DNA of 64,000 nt from a virus (lineage: Duplodnaviria; Caudoviricetes). A program made the translations under genes and the position numbers. Positions 35,798 to 48,600 of this stretch are shown in pieces. Each line of letters opens with the position of its first letter. Within the stretch, counting starts at the first letter, position 1. The notes below the pieces were generated by a model. The model had not been told where the DNA came from. It made no database searches and worked only from the letters and a program-made list of their open reading frames with translations. The stretch is from the IMG/VR virus record IMGVR_UViG_3300047297_000146, positions 1,835 through 65,834 of that record; one strand, 5' to 3'.

Positions 35798-36400
35798 ATG
35801 AGTGATGAATTAGTTTACATAGGCAGCATTCCAGACGCCGTTAGCGTAACGGATGTTGGTCTTCAGTTTAATCATGACATTGAATATGATCAATGGTTGC
35901 GACTGATGGCTACACTACAGCAACTTACAACAGCATTTCAATTTGCAATTGGTGATGCATTAAACTATGGACAAAAAAGGTATGGAGAGAAGTATGCACA
36001 GGCTATGGATGCTACTGGTTGCGCTTATCAGAGTCTTGCTAACTGGAGTTGGGTTTCTAGCAATGTTCCTATTAATAACCGTATTGCAGGTATCAGTTGG
36101 ACTCACCACAGAATTGTCGCGCATGTGGGAACGGAACAACAAAAACAACTCCTAGAATCAGCAAAAGCTCGCAACCTATCTGTAACAGATTTCGAGAAAG
36201 AACTAAAGGGTGATAGAGAAGAAGAAAAGAAACCACTAAAACAAATTACTATTCCTGAAGGCTGGTCAGTTGATGATGCAAATAAAGCGTTGGAGATGAT
36301 TAGCTCATATAAAAATGGATTGAACGCACTTTGCGAGGCAATCGAAACAAAAACAGAATCAGTGCAAAGATATTGCACTGAATGTCCATATAACAACTAG
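35798..36400 (+). CDS. LmbU-like DNA-binding regulator
   Basis: AIGD.LNYG..RYGEKY.QA...TG..YQSL.N..WV...R...SW.HH..VA pattern. Confidence 0.6.
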   Translation: MSDELVYIGSIPDAVSVTDVGLQFNHDIEYDQWLRLMATLQQLTTAFQFAIGDALNYGQKRYGEKYAQAMDATGCAYQSLANWSWVSSNVPINNRIAGISWTHHRIVAHVGTEQQKQLLESAKARNLSVTDFEKELKGDREEEKKPLKQITIPEGWSVDDANKALEMISSYKNGLNALCEAIETKTESVQRYCTECPYNN

Positions 36401-36409
36401 AGGTAAGGC

Positions 36410-37120
36410 ATGATTACTGTATTCAATGGCAAGTCTTTCGGCTTGTCAGGTGAGCGTTCGTCTGGCTTTGTTCAGATAGATCGCTTACTCGTAAACCACA
36501 TAACTTCATTTACTCCATCAGGGTTTGTTGTATTCATGGCTTTAGTCATGCATGTTGACAACGATGGTTACTGCTGGCCTAGCATAAAAAGACTTGTAGA
36601 ATGCACAGGCTTATCTGAGACTACAGTCAAGACTGCACTGCACTACCTGACAGGCATGAAGATAAACGAGAAGAGATTACTTGAGATCAATAGGAGAACT
36701 TCTCCTAATGGGAGAACAACAAGCAATGGATATAAGTTGTTCCCTGATTCTCTTGATCACGATTTAGATGTAAAGGTTACGTCAGTCAAGCAAGAACGCA
36801 AACAGATTGCAAAGGAAGATGACCCAGCATACGGATTGTATTCAGCTTTCAAGTATGTGAGATGGGGACTTGCTTTTGAGAGTCCTGTTTCTGAAAGAGA
36901 ATGGAAAGACGTAAGACTTACAATCTGGCAGATGCACAAAGCTGGTGTGACCTGTGAAGACGTACAAATACGCACAAAGGTATTACTAGATAAGTGGAAG
37001 GCAGAGATGGTAACTGTACGCTCACTATGGAAGCACTGGGAGACATATGCGTCTCCAACGTATGGCGTAGCAATGAAATCAATAAGTGTGGAGGATTGGT
37101 TCAATGACAACAACGGATAA
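36410..37120 (+). CDS. Replication initiator (HTH_36-like)
   Basis: CWPSIKRL..CTGLSETTVKTAL..L and SNGY motifs; upstream of loader and DnaB. Confidence 0.75.
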   Translation: MITVFNGKSFGLSGERSSGFVQIDRLLVNHITSFTPSGFVVFMALVMHVDNDGYCWPSIKRLVECTGLSETTVKTALHYLTGMKINEKRLLEINRRTSPNGRTTSNGYKLFPDSLDHDLDVKVTSVKQERKQIAKEDDPAYGLYSAFKYVRWGLAFESPVSEREWKDVRLTIWQMHKAGVTCEDVQIRTKVLLDKWKAEMVTVRSLWKHWETYASPTYGVAMKSISVEDWFNDNNG

Positions 37121-37535
37121 ATTACTGGCTATTCTTTCTCAGCTCCCTAGTTCTATTCCTTGGAATAGTACTAGCGAGACTGTGTATCGTGTGGCTGTTG
37201 ATGGGATTAGCGATGAAGATATCAAGGATGGAGCTAAGCGAATTCTTACTCGATCTAAGTTTCGTCCGACACCGTCAGAAGTACTTATCAATATAGCTAT
37301 CGTAAAGTATGGAGATTTTTTACCTCATTCAGTAACTAACGACATTGTAGAAGCAATACGTCTTGGCACTCCATTTAGTAGATTACATCCAACCATACAG
37401 ATCGTTTTATCAAAGACCGGTGGATTAAAAGCATGGAGAGTAGAAGCACCAGTCAAAGGTCAGCAGTTACAAGAGATTTTGAATGAAGTCTTATTGATTA
37501 GAATACAGGAACACATAGATGAGCAACGATCATAA
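37104..37535 (+). CDS. Putative helicase loader/inhibitor
   Basis: KFRPTPSEV motif; between initiator and dnaB. Confidence 0.5.
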   Translation: MTTTDKLLAILSQLPSSIPWNSTSETVYRVAVDGISDEDIKDGAKRILTRSKFRPTPSEVLINIAIVKYGDFLPHSVTNDIVEAIRLGTPFSRLHPTIQIVLSKTGGLKAWRVEAPVKGQQLQEILNEVLLIRIQEHIDEQRS

Positions 37536-38895
37536 TAAAAGCCTTGGCTTTAATATAGAAATCCCATCGGACGTTATGAGTGAGCAATCACTTATAGCGT
37601 CTGTTCTTCTTGGTGGTAGAAAGCTATTCAAGAATCTTTCACATATTGACAAGGGTATGTTCTATCGCGTATCCCACAGTCTTATATGGGATGCTTATGT
37701 TGCCATTGATAATGCGGGTCAAGATATTGACATTGTTACCGTCAATGAAGAACTTACAAAGCGTAATGCTCTTGAGGCATGTGGTGGATTGGGATACATC
37801 ATGCAATGCGCTGAGTTACTCCCAACCACATCCAATTATGAAAGCTATACCAAGTTAGTTATTGAATATCATAGACGCCGAGAGATTATATTTTCATCTG
37901 AGCTTGCCAGTAAGAAGGCATCGAAGGGAGATGACGATGTTGATTCAATCATTACTGAATTAAATAAATCTGTTTCGTTCACCAATTCCGGAAACAGCAC
38001 AGATGATTTATCTAAATTAATTTTGGAGGCATCGAACGCAGCAATAAGCAGGCAGGAAGATGAAACTACATTTAGTGTCACAAGTGGCTTTAGTGAAGTA
38101 GATTCTATTACTGGAGGTTGGCGCGATGGAGAACTCATCATAGTAGGTGGTAGACCATCTATGGGTAAGTCTAGTCTTGGGTTACAATACGCATGGAACG
38201 CAGCTCGTTCTATGCGAGGACTTGACGATAAGACAGGTGTGCTGATTATTAGTGCAGAGATGTCCAAGGATATGGTCACTGCTCGTATGTTATCAATCTA
38301 CAGTGAAGTAGATAGCCAAGTAATTCAGACTAAGAAACTGAATAACTACCAGAAAGATAAGCTACAGGTTGTAGCACAGGAGGCTAAGTCACTTCATGTT
38401 AGGATTGTCGCAGATAAAACTGTCACCCTTGGAGGAATACGAGATGCAATTAGAGACACCCAAAAGTCTTTTCATGTTGGCTTGGTGGTTGTTGATTACT
38501 TACAGATGATCTCATTGCCATCGTCATATAAATCCGAGAATAGAACTCGCGACATTGGTGTTATAAGCCGTGGTCTCAAGGATATAGCACGTGAGTTCAA
38601 GTGTCCTATGATTGCTTTATCATCACTGTCACGTGCTGTAGAGCAACGTCAAGACAAGCGACCGATGATGTCAGACCTACGTGAATCTGGAGATATCGAG
38701 TCTGATGCAGATGTCATTCAATTCATTTATCGTGCTGGATATTATGAAGCCAAGCAAATAGGTGAAGAAGAACAGACAATTGACAAGGCTGAGATAATTG
38801 TAGCTAAAAATAGAAACGGACGTACTGGTGTTTCATTACTTAACTTTGAACCCCGGTACGCCCGATTTACAGAATACGATGCACTAGGGCTTTGA
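37519..38895 (+). CDS. dnaB: Replicative DNA helicase
   Basis: GRPSMGKS, SAEM, VDYLQ, SDLRESGDIESDAD and KNRNG motifs. Confidence 0.97.
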   Translation: MSNDHNKSLGFNIEIPSDVMSEQSLIASVLLGGRKLFKNLSHIDKGMFYRVSHSLIWDAYVAIDNAGQDIDIVTVNEELTKRNALEACGGLGYIMQCAELLPTTSNYESYTKLVIEYHRRREIIFSSELASKKASKGDDDVDSIITELNKSVSFTNSGNSTDDLSKLILEASNAAISRQEDETTFSVTSGFSEVDSITGGWRDGELIIVGGRPSMGKSSLGLQYAWNAARSMRGLDDKTGVLIISAEMSKDMVTARMLSIYSEVDSQVIQTKKLNNYQKDKLQVVAQEAKSLHVRIVADKTVTLGGIRDAIRDTQKSFHVGLVVVDYLQMISLPSSYKSENRTRDIGVISRGLKDIAREFKCPMIALSSLSRAVEQRQDKRPMMSDLRESGDIESDADVIQFIYRAGYYEAKQIGEEEQTIDKAEIIVAKNRNGRTGVSLLNFEPRYARFTEYDALGL

Positions 38896-39675
38896 CAATG
38901 TCACTGTTTTGTTTACATCGTTGATTGTAATATAACATCCCAACCAAAGAGATAAGTCCCTGACACCAATGTAACGCTTGCCATCTCGCGTAATCAAAGG
39001 TGCAGGGATGATCTCACTACCCCACATAGCGCCATCGTCTGTCGCTTTCAAATTAACAAGCACCTCATGTGGTGTAAAAAACATGTTCAAAGCATTACGC
39101 AATGGAGCGTACACACGACTTGCATGGTTAATACATTCAACCTGACGATTCTTTACTTTTAAAACCCACTCTACATCCTGCTGTATCATTTTTGTCCAAC
39201 GAATAAACTTAAGACTATCAGCAGTTCTATTTGCATAGACATTAGGACGCCGAGCAACTAAGTATCCATTTCGACTACCGTTGTTATTACTGTTGCCTTC
39301 TATGCTTCCAATAACCCCATCAGCACCTTCAGTGTCAACAATGCCAATGTGATATGCGTCATCACCACGATGGCACACAAACAAGTCTCCGGCAGCCGGA
39401 GATGATGTCATTAGCTGTCGTTTTCTTGCCCAGCTATAAACCACGTCACAATCAGCAGTAATAGGCACAGGCCAGTCAATATTATGAGCATCTTGAAACT
39501 CTTTGCCGATAGCAGAAACAAATGAGCAACACCAAAAGCTTCCTAATGGAACGTTGCTTTGACGATTCCATTTATCAATTAAATCCCCACGATTACTACC
39601 AAATGGCTCTTCCGACACACCAACATATTTATTAGCAAGAGTCAAAAACTCTTTTGCTAAATCATTACTATTCAT
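38884..39675 (-). CDS. Endolysin: CHAP domain plus putative cell-surface-binding domain
   Basis: WCCSFV, HIGIV and IEGNS (CHAP); C-terminal YAPLR and YIGVRDL repeats resemble the copper-amine-oxidase N-terminal domain. Confidence 0.8.
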   Translation of the reverse strand: MNSNDLAKEFLTLANKYVGVSEEPFGSNRGDLIDKWNRQSNVPLGSFWCCSFVSAIGKEFQDAHNIDWPVPITADCDVVYSWARKRQLMTSSPAAGDLFVCHRGDDAYHIGIVDTEGADGVIGSIEGNSNNNGSRNGYLVARRPNVYANRTADSLKFIRWTKMIQQDVEWVLKVKNRQVECINHASRVYAPLRNALNMFFTPHEVLVNLKATDDGAMWGSEIIPAPLITRDGKRYIGVRDLSLWLGCYITINDVNKTVTLSKP

Positions 39676-42600
39676 TATTGCCTCCTCCGTTATATTGCAT
39701 TAGTGCTCTGGTCACATTGTTCAATGGTAACCGTATCTTCTGCTTCTCTTTTTCTCTAGCTTGAGATTCTGATGCTGCAATTCCAAACGTGGCGTTACTT
39801 GGATCTTTAACATCCCAGCCAGTAAATATGTTTTGAGGTTCTTTGCGCATCATTTCAAAAATATTTGGATAGTCGTACCAGTCTTTAATCATGTACGCAA
39901 AACGTCCAAATGTCATACTACTGTTACCTACTTGGACTGGCTCCCTGTTAACCATCCTGTATCCCTTAGGCTCATACATAACGTTAAACCCTAATAGCTT
40001 TGGAACAGTAGCCTTCCACCATAATTCATTAGCTTGTTCCTTACTTACTCGTAATTGATTAGGAACATTACCAGAACGAATCATTTGATCTATAGACATA
40101 TTCTGCTTAGCTGCTTCAGAGAACATAGCTAACTTTAATAAGTCTTCGTAATAAGATCTCTGATGAGCAAGCGTCATTGTGTCCATTGCTAATCGACTTT
40201 GCTGTGGAAATAAATACCCAGTCGGATGGAAATAAAATGGTGCTCTTACATCATTTTCTACAGCAACTTTTAATCCAGAATCACGTTCAAATGTAGGCAA
40301 ACCCTTGAATGACTTGCCAGTTAAATTACTAATGATGAATTGACCACCATTGTGGATTTTGTTTTTAATTAACTGTTTTGCTAATCCATTAAGAGCAGCT
40401 TCAGTTTTCTCAATTGGTCCGTAGTTTTCTTGAGAGAAAGCTTCAGCAAGAGGTTTTATATTTTGAGCAAGACGCCCAAGGACTGGTAACTGTACAGTCC
40501 AGTTGTCGTTTAATTCAACATAACCTAGCCTCTTACTCATAACATCTAGCCAACCAGTCTTATCTTCTTCTTCATCTGGTCGTTCTCGTTGATGACGATA
40601 GAAGTTAGCTGTTGCAGTTATCGCACCAACAATAGCCCACGTCGCTAACGATTTGCCAATATCTGCCTTCCTTTGCCGAGTAGCCCACTCTGTACCGTAT
40701 TGCTCCATACGTAAGTCACTCTCAATATCAAAGACATCTCCCTTTAACCACCAAGGTCCTTTATCTGTAGCAACTCTAGCCCATTCATTAATAGACTTTT
40801 TAGCAGCAGTTCCCGGTCCGCTAAATCCGTAGTACTGATTAAAATTCCTTGTGTATGACGGTGCAGTCATAAAGTAATTAAACACACTGGAAAGAGATCT
40901 CCAAATAGGAGCCTGTGTTTTACTCTTAGCGTGAGATCCAATTCCAATTTCTTTAGCCACTAACGATATACGAGCCTTAATATCTCGATCAATTTCATAG
41001 TCTTTTAAATCTACATTGTTAGGATCTAACTGACGTTCTCGTGCTCGTTTGACAGTAAACAATGCCTGTTGAAGCATAGATAAATCAAGAATCAACTGAC
41101 GAGTCATTTCAGCTCTGCGCCATAGTGGCACAGTAGCTCCAAGGACACCAGCTGTAAATACGTTTTCACGTTCACTTTCCCATGGAGTATCTATGATTGA
41201 CTTATATCGTCCCGGAGATGCAAGCATGTTTGCCTTTGATCGTCTATACCAGTCAGAGTAACTACTCTGCATGTAATACGTGTCAATCAACTCAGACATA
41301 CTAATAGGTGTACCCATGCTGTGTCTTGCATTGAATCGATCAACTGTATGGTTCATGATGAAATCGTAATAGCGAGAGTCTAAATTCATAGCGCTATCAG
41401 TCCATTGATTACCACCCGCTAACCTTCTTTGTTGACGAGAGCCATGCCACAGACTACCAAGTACTAAGCCAAGGTCTGCGCTAGAAAATGTAACAAGGGA
41501 TGGAGCGGATAAAGCAAGAGCTTTAAAGGTTTGATAAGGAGCACGTGCTAGTAATGAACCAAGCTGAATTGCAAATGATGATAAGTCAAGACCTAACACA
41601 CCTCGGAATATCTGCTGCAATGGACTCAGTACATATTTATTTACGTTGTATGCTGCCTCATTTACCTTTGGTGACATTGAGAAATAAACATCGTTATCTT
41701 TACCGTCTAATGTAATTGCTTCACCATCTTTGACGGAAGTCTCATAAGGAGTTCCCTTCAATGGGTCAAGAACTAACTTGTCATATATGTCACTTGAAAC
41801 TTGCAATACAAGGTTATCTTTTCCACCAGACTGAAGCATGCCACCTTTTGTCTTAGGGTCCCTATGATAAGTAACTGTTTCAGGTACACGATATGCTCGT
41901 TCCTTAGCGTCTATAGCAAGATCATCGAGTGCACCCTTAGTTGATTCAACGTATGGGTCTTCTGAATCATTGACGTGTAATGCGCTTTGCTTACGTAATT
42001 CGGGAATGTTATCCGGATTACCATCAAAGTAACGTGGACTACTTGAGAACCAAGTGCCAGTGCTTGCATCCTGCATTAAGTCAGATTCATTGTTGAACAA
42101 CATCTTGTGCCCAACCTTATTGAACTCAGCATGCTTTGGATTATCAGTATTCCTGTCTTGCGCTAACAATAACTTAGCAACATGATATTCCTCTTGCAAC
42201 ATACGATTGTCAATAATGCCCTGACGCTTTTCTTCAACTACAGTCATAGCACTTGAACGCTCAAATGGATTCAAGACCATGTCCATGAGACCAATAGGCA
42301 TCTGAGTACGATAGTTATCTGCATTCTGCCAGTTGTCACTTGTATCTACAAAAGACCATTTAGCTTCTTTGCTATCATACTCACCCTTAATAACATGCAT
42401 GCCGGTGTTTGGAGTTGGCACATCAGGATCAAATATTGGTGCATTTAATTCCGATATCTCAGCAACAGATATCGGCAACATAAAGTAAATGGGTTCACCA
42501 GATAGGTATCCGTAACTAGCTGCGCGTTCACCAGCTAATGCAACAAGTGCATCATTAACCTTTTCGACTCCATCAAATCCAAATAATTGTTTAGCATTAA

Positions 42601-45600
42601 TACTTGTAGCATTTGGTTTTTTATCAAATGCATACGGGTCTTTACGTGGTGTATCGTTTGGCTTTCGAGTCCAGTTGTATTTAAGGAAATCATCTACATC
42701 TTGAATGTTTTCATATGACTCAACCCACTTATTACTTTGTGAGTCAAACCGTCGTGACTGCGCAACAAGATGCGTTTTACCGGTCTGCATATTGACTCTA
42801 TACAATGCACCAGATTTAGAAGCACCAGTTTCATCAGCAGCAATATCTCTATCTGGAGATCGGATAATAACCTCAGACTTGTTTGCATCGGTTGTTACTA
42901 GCTCGTAACTTTTCCAGTTTCGTAACGCAGCATTGCGAACCTTAGCATCAGTACGAACCATGTGTTCGACTGTATTAAATAAGTTTCTTGCACGAACAAC
43001 ATCTGGTGGAGTTACACCATCACCAACATCGCCAACGAGAGCAGACATAAACCTAATCATCTCCGCTTCATTAGTAAATATTTTAGAGGCTACGTGGTCT
43101 AACACTGCATGAGGTACAACCTTCAATCCAGTCTGAGCACTGAACTGTAATTTGATGTCACTCTGATTCGCATAAGCGCGAATCGCTTGTTCAAATTGTT
43201 GAGGCGTAGCATACTGTCCTGCCAACTGCCTAAGAACAGTATCAACAGAGATCTCTTTACCACTCCTAACAAATGTCTTACTAAGCCCTGACCGATTGTA
43301 AGCATTTTCACCACCAGCCGTAGGAGGAGCACCAACAGGTACAAGTCCGGGTTCAGTAGTTTCACCACGTAAATCTGCATGTAGTTCAGCAAGTCGTTGA
43401 CTTAAGTTTCTAGTAGTACCTTCAACAAGCCCACTACTTTCACCAATCCATCCACTTAGTTGTGTACCAATCCATTGGCTGTAAAACTGAGTAAATGCTT
43501 GATTGAAATCTTCAACATGCAGACCAAAAACTTGATCAAAGTAAACACTAGCATCAACACTAACACCGTCAATATTAATCAAGAATGAACGTGGATTTAC
43601 AGCACCAGCTTCACCTACAGGAACAAGTGCAGTAGTTTTATTCATTACACTAATAAGACTTGTTGCAGCAGGGTCAGAAAATAGTTCTTCTCTTGCAGTA
43701 ACCAACTCCTGATAGAACTTTTGTAAGTCTTCAAATGATCGGAATGATTGTTCAAATACAGCATTTGCTATAGGGGCAATGCCATTCTTTGCGAGCTTGT
43801 CAGCACTAAATGGGACAAATGAATACCACCCTTTCCCAGCACGGATAACATTTCCAAGACGTTCAGTAAATGATAACCTGCTGTCTCCAGCCATAGAATT
43901 ACCTACAGTGTAGGCATGCGCTTCAGTAACACGATCTATTAAACTTAATGCGGTAGATCTACGACCATCATCTTTTATGTTTCGTGCCCATCTATATAAA
44001 TTACGTGAGTGACTTTGATTACGTAACCATGGGTGAGTTCCAGTTTGTTGGACAGCGCGGATATCAGCAATTGGTGTTCTTGCCACTATATTAGCAATGT
44101 CTTTATCTAACGACATGGCTAAAGGAGCAGATACAACCTTATCCCACTTTGTATAGTCACCTGTTCGCATAGCTTCAGCTAGTGCATCATTAACTCTAAG
44201 CTCATACTCATAAGTTCTTTGACCAGCAATGTTCAATACATTCTGATCAATTTTTGCAAGCATATTGTAGAGAACGGACATAAATGCTGGATTACCAGCA
44301 TCTCCAGAGCCAACCATATGGAAGTTACGACTACTGTCAATGTAGTTGTGACCAACAACATATCTAACTGGAACATCCAACTTGGCTATCTTGTTTTCAC
44401 CAAGGTCTACATCCTTACCTTCGTATAATGTGTGTAAGCGAATCTGAGCAGTGCTTTCAACTACATATCCATAATCACCACGTGTCTGGCTTTGCATCAT
44501 ACGCCGTAGGCCATTTGCCATATCAACAATGCTTAGTCCATACCACTGTGTTCCATCGCTCTTTTTACGGCTACTTATAAACCAGTCTTTGCCATTGACC
44601 TTAAATGGATTCACATCCATACCAGCAGTTACCCGCTCACGAGCTATTCCTACAACTTGACCCGTAACAGGATAACCCTGCTCGTTAGCTGTATTCGTAT
44701 CTTGCTTAACAAAGTTTTCGTTTCCATTTATGCTGAGGCGATACTGCTTTCCATATTCAAACTTATTGCCAGATGAATCCCTCATCTTGCTTAATGCAAC
44801 TAACTTGTCAGCAACTTCATTAACAACATCTCTGTCTTTGATTACGTTATCCAAAACCTTTACTAATGCGTCACGACCACCGTCACTAATCAAGTTTTTG
44901 TTCGACATGATTACGTCATGTATGTCAACAACGTTTGTGGCTGTAGAAAATTTCTTGCCTACATCATTAATAAAGTGCACAAAGGACCCATGCTTAAGAG
45001 GGTAGAACATACGGTTCACACCCATAGCGCTAGGAGTTTTAACTAAAACAGATGATGGAGAATAATAGAATACGTTAGTTGGCTTTCCACCTACCATTGC
45101 GTATGGTCCATATTCGCTACTCAGTGTTTTTGCAATAGGAGCTAGTACTCTCTGCAAGTTAACAAGTGAACTAGTTAAATCTTCAGCAACAGACAGCCTG
45201 TCATTTGGGTTGTGCACTACTCCGCTTTGAAGTATGAAATTCATCATACTTGTCGCAGTCATTTCACCAATGATCATCTTGGCGTTATAAATCTGTTGTT
45301 CGTTAAATCCACCTTGTGTTGCAGCAAAGTCCTCTATGGTTTGCATCCTAAAGTTATTCTGATCATCCAAACGTGAGAATTCATTTAGTCGCGTAGTTTG
45401 CTTGTTGATAAATGCATGGACTAATTCTTCTTCAGGTGAAACCTTTTCGTCTTTCTTGCGACCAAGTGGTGGCATGACAGCTTTTAACCATTTAAGTTGT
45501 TGAGTATCTGGCAAAGCAAAGTAAAGATGGTGGCTTACTTCATGTGCCATGGTTAATGCACTCTTACCAAAATTCTTAGATGCTGCCATAAACAAAATGG

Positions 45601-48600
45601 ATGACGCAGCATTAGCAATTTTAGTACGTGTAATAAATCCATTGACATCATTGCCAGATTGGACACGACTGTATCCCATCTCCGACATCATAGACTCATG
45701 TGCAAAGAATAATTTATGATGTTGATTATAGAAGTCTTGTTTAAGTTGAGCTGCTCGCAATGCAATCAACTGTCTCTGTTGATCATTGCCTAAAACCTCT
45801 TCTGTAAAGATTTGCTTGACACTAGTTGATTCTAAAACCTTTGACATTGTAAGCATGTCAACGCCTAGTAATGATGCTAGTGCTTTATATTCATCAATAT
45901 CATAGTTGTATTCTAAGTCTGTACTAATCTTCTTAGTAGACATACGAGCAGCGTACGTGTCGTAAACCTTGGCTAAGTTACTAGCAACAACTCGTGCATC
46001 AGAGTATCGATTAATAATCTTGGATGGCGAATCATCTTTACGTCGAGACATTGCACGATAGTTTTTTGCTAGTGATGAAAACTGAGCTTGTTGCCTATCT
46101 GTGTACGTTGCATCCTTTGACATCTGTGTATACAGAGTTGCCAGTGCCTCTGCATCATTCATAGTTACAACGTCATCCGGCAATTGTTGATAAATGTCAA
46201 CTGCCTCAAAGTTGTCTATAAAACTTACTGAGTCACCAAGATTTGTAAATTGATCAGAAAGATTAAACCTGTTTTGATCTGTCGGTTGAGTGACATCTCT
46301 TACGATAGATGCAATACGAGACTTAACTTTGTAAGCAGCATTATGGCTATCTTTGTTTGTTACACCAAAAGAAAATTCAGATGCGTCTGCGGATGACCTA
46401 AACAGTACACCGCGTGTCTCATTAAATCCTTCCGCAATAGACATCAAGTCAGACATCGTGAACACAAACTGTTGGTTGCCACTCTCAGTACGCTTTGTGT
46501 CTACATAGTTGGACAATGCGTCCATAAACTTTTGCTTGTCGCGAGGCTTAATTAAATTCAACATCTTTGTAACATAGTTGTTGAATAAGGCTTGCCCCTC
46601 CATGATCTCTGTCTTTGCTGTACCACTAGGCAATGTGTATTGACCATCAACACCCGGAATAACAGCAGCTCGCATAACAGGATTCTTTTCAAACACAACT
46701 TTGCGTTTTACGTAGTCCTCTTGTTTCACGCGCTCAAAATAACGACGTGCAATATCTGGCCCTACAACTGCTTCCATCAAAGCCTTGTCTACGTCAGCGT
46801 AATCTAATTCAGCTTTACTTGCTGCATCTAATAGCGTTGTAAGAATAATCTTCTCAAGGCCAGCGCGGTTTCCAGCCATTAATAATGGTTGTGTTTGCGG
46901 TGAGTCTCCTGTTCGCACAAACTGCATGCCTTGCCTTAGTGCATCAATAAGACTCGCCGATTGAACTTCGACTGCAGGTGTATATGCCACTGCAGGGTCC
47001 TGTCCAATCTCTAATCCTTTATCACCTAAAACAAAATCAGCAATCTCACTAGCCATTGTTTGAGCATCTTGAAGTAACATCTCGGCTTGTTTTATCGAGC
47101 TGCCTTCAATTCGACGCGCATTCATATTGTTGATAAGTGACTGCACTGAGTCTTGAATTAACCTGCGCCGTGATCCATCAAACGTAACGCCAAGATATTT
47201 AAGACCATCAGTAGACCCGGACTCTACAATTTGCATTGCCTCCGCAATAGATGAACGCTCACCAATAAATACACCAGCACGACGTATACGTTCCCTATTA
47301 GAAGCTACATAATTGTTTATGCTTCCAAGTACATCTGCTGCTGCATCTGGAGATACTCGTATAGAGTTTTTAATTAACGATGTAATTAATTCTTTAGATG
47401 CAAATTCAATAAACGTTTTGATATGAGCTGGTTGTATTTGTTGAGACCGGTAGTAATCCATTGCGTCATCAAGCAATCCAACAGTAGGTTCAAGTGGGTC
47501 ATCATTCTTTGAAACTAATGTGTCAACTAATTTTAGTAGTTGATCCATAGCTCCACGTATTGAGGTCAATCGTTGTGGATCACCACTATTCAGTTTACTT
47601 GCCAGTATAGTTGCGTGATCATTAAACTTATTGAAGTCCTCTTGTGTTCTAAATAATCTGTTGAGCGTGAAAGGAATCAGTGAAGCTCCATCATTTCCTT
47701 GTGCATTTAATAAGGCAAAGATTAATGACTCACGAATATTATTATCACCAGATCGCTCTACGGCTTTTACAACATCTACAAACCAAAGTAACGGAGACGA
47801 TAGAGCAGCTACAACGTCACGTGCCTGTTCTGGTAAAGATGCAAAAGCATCTAATGCAGCATTTAATTGTTGTCTTTCTTCGTGTGCTAACTGGGCTGTC
47901 TGTAATTGATGAGTACCAACTAAAGCATCCTCAACAGAATTAACTGTCACGCCGGGTAAGACTGAATTGGTATCAACATCATCCATGAATGTGCGAACAT
48001 TACCAACAATCTCCATCATGGCTGGCAAGTTATCTGCAGCTGCAGTAATACCTTGCTGGTCGTACATTTGTTCTGGATGTAGAACTCCATCTGGAGCTGC
48101 AAGCATAGCTGATGTTGCAATCTCATCAAGTCTAACTGGAACAGATAAATCAGGTGAAGACTGATTGTCTTGTAGCCGTTTAGTTAAAACGGCAAGTTTT
48201 GCAGTAGCAACACGCTTGATCATTTCACCGACGGCATTGTTAGCACGTTGGGCATTAGCACGAATAACATCTACAGCAGAAGCATCTGTAATATTTACGT
48301 TAGCACGACGGCTGACAATTTCATTTCCACCAGAAGCTATTTCAAAGAAATAACCTAGCTTAGCGTCGTACATTGAGGTCCGTAAATCTTCAATGCCAAC
48401 TTCACCACGAGTAGCGGCTTCAGCATATAGTTCTTTTGCGCGAGCAATAGATGATTCGTATGCTGTTTTAGACGTATGCCAGTTGCTAAAATCAGCAGCA
48501 TAAACACCCGACACACCTTCAAATGGAAGTAATGCAGATAGAACCTGTACTTCATGTGGTAGTACAGATAACTTTTCCATCATCCAGATAGCACCCTTTT

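Noticed and set aside
6751-38895. Inteins or introns in terL or dnaB; alternative genetic code
   Set aside because: Protein lengths are normal with contiguous motifs; TAA, TAG and TGA all end coupled genes.
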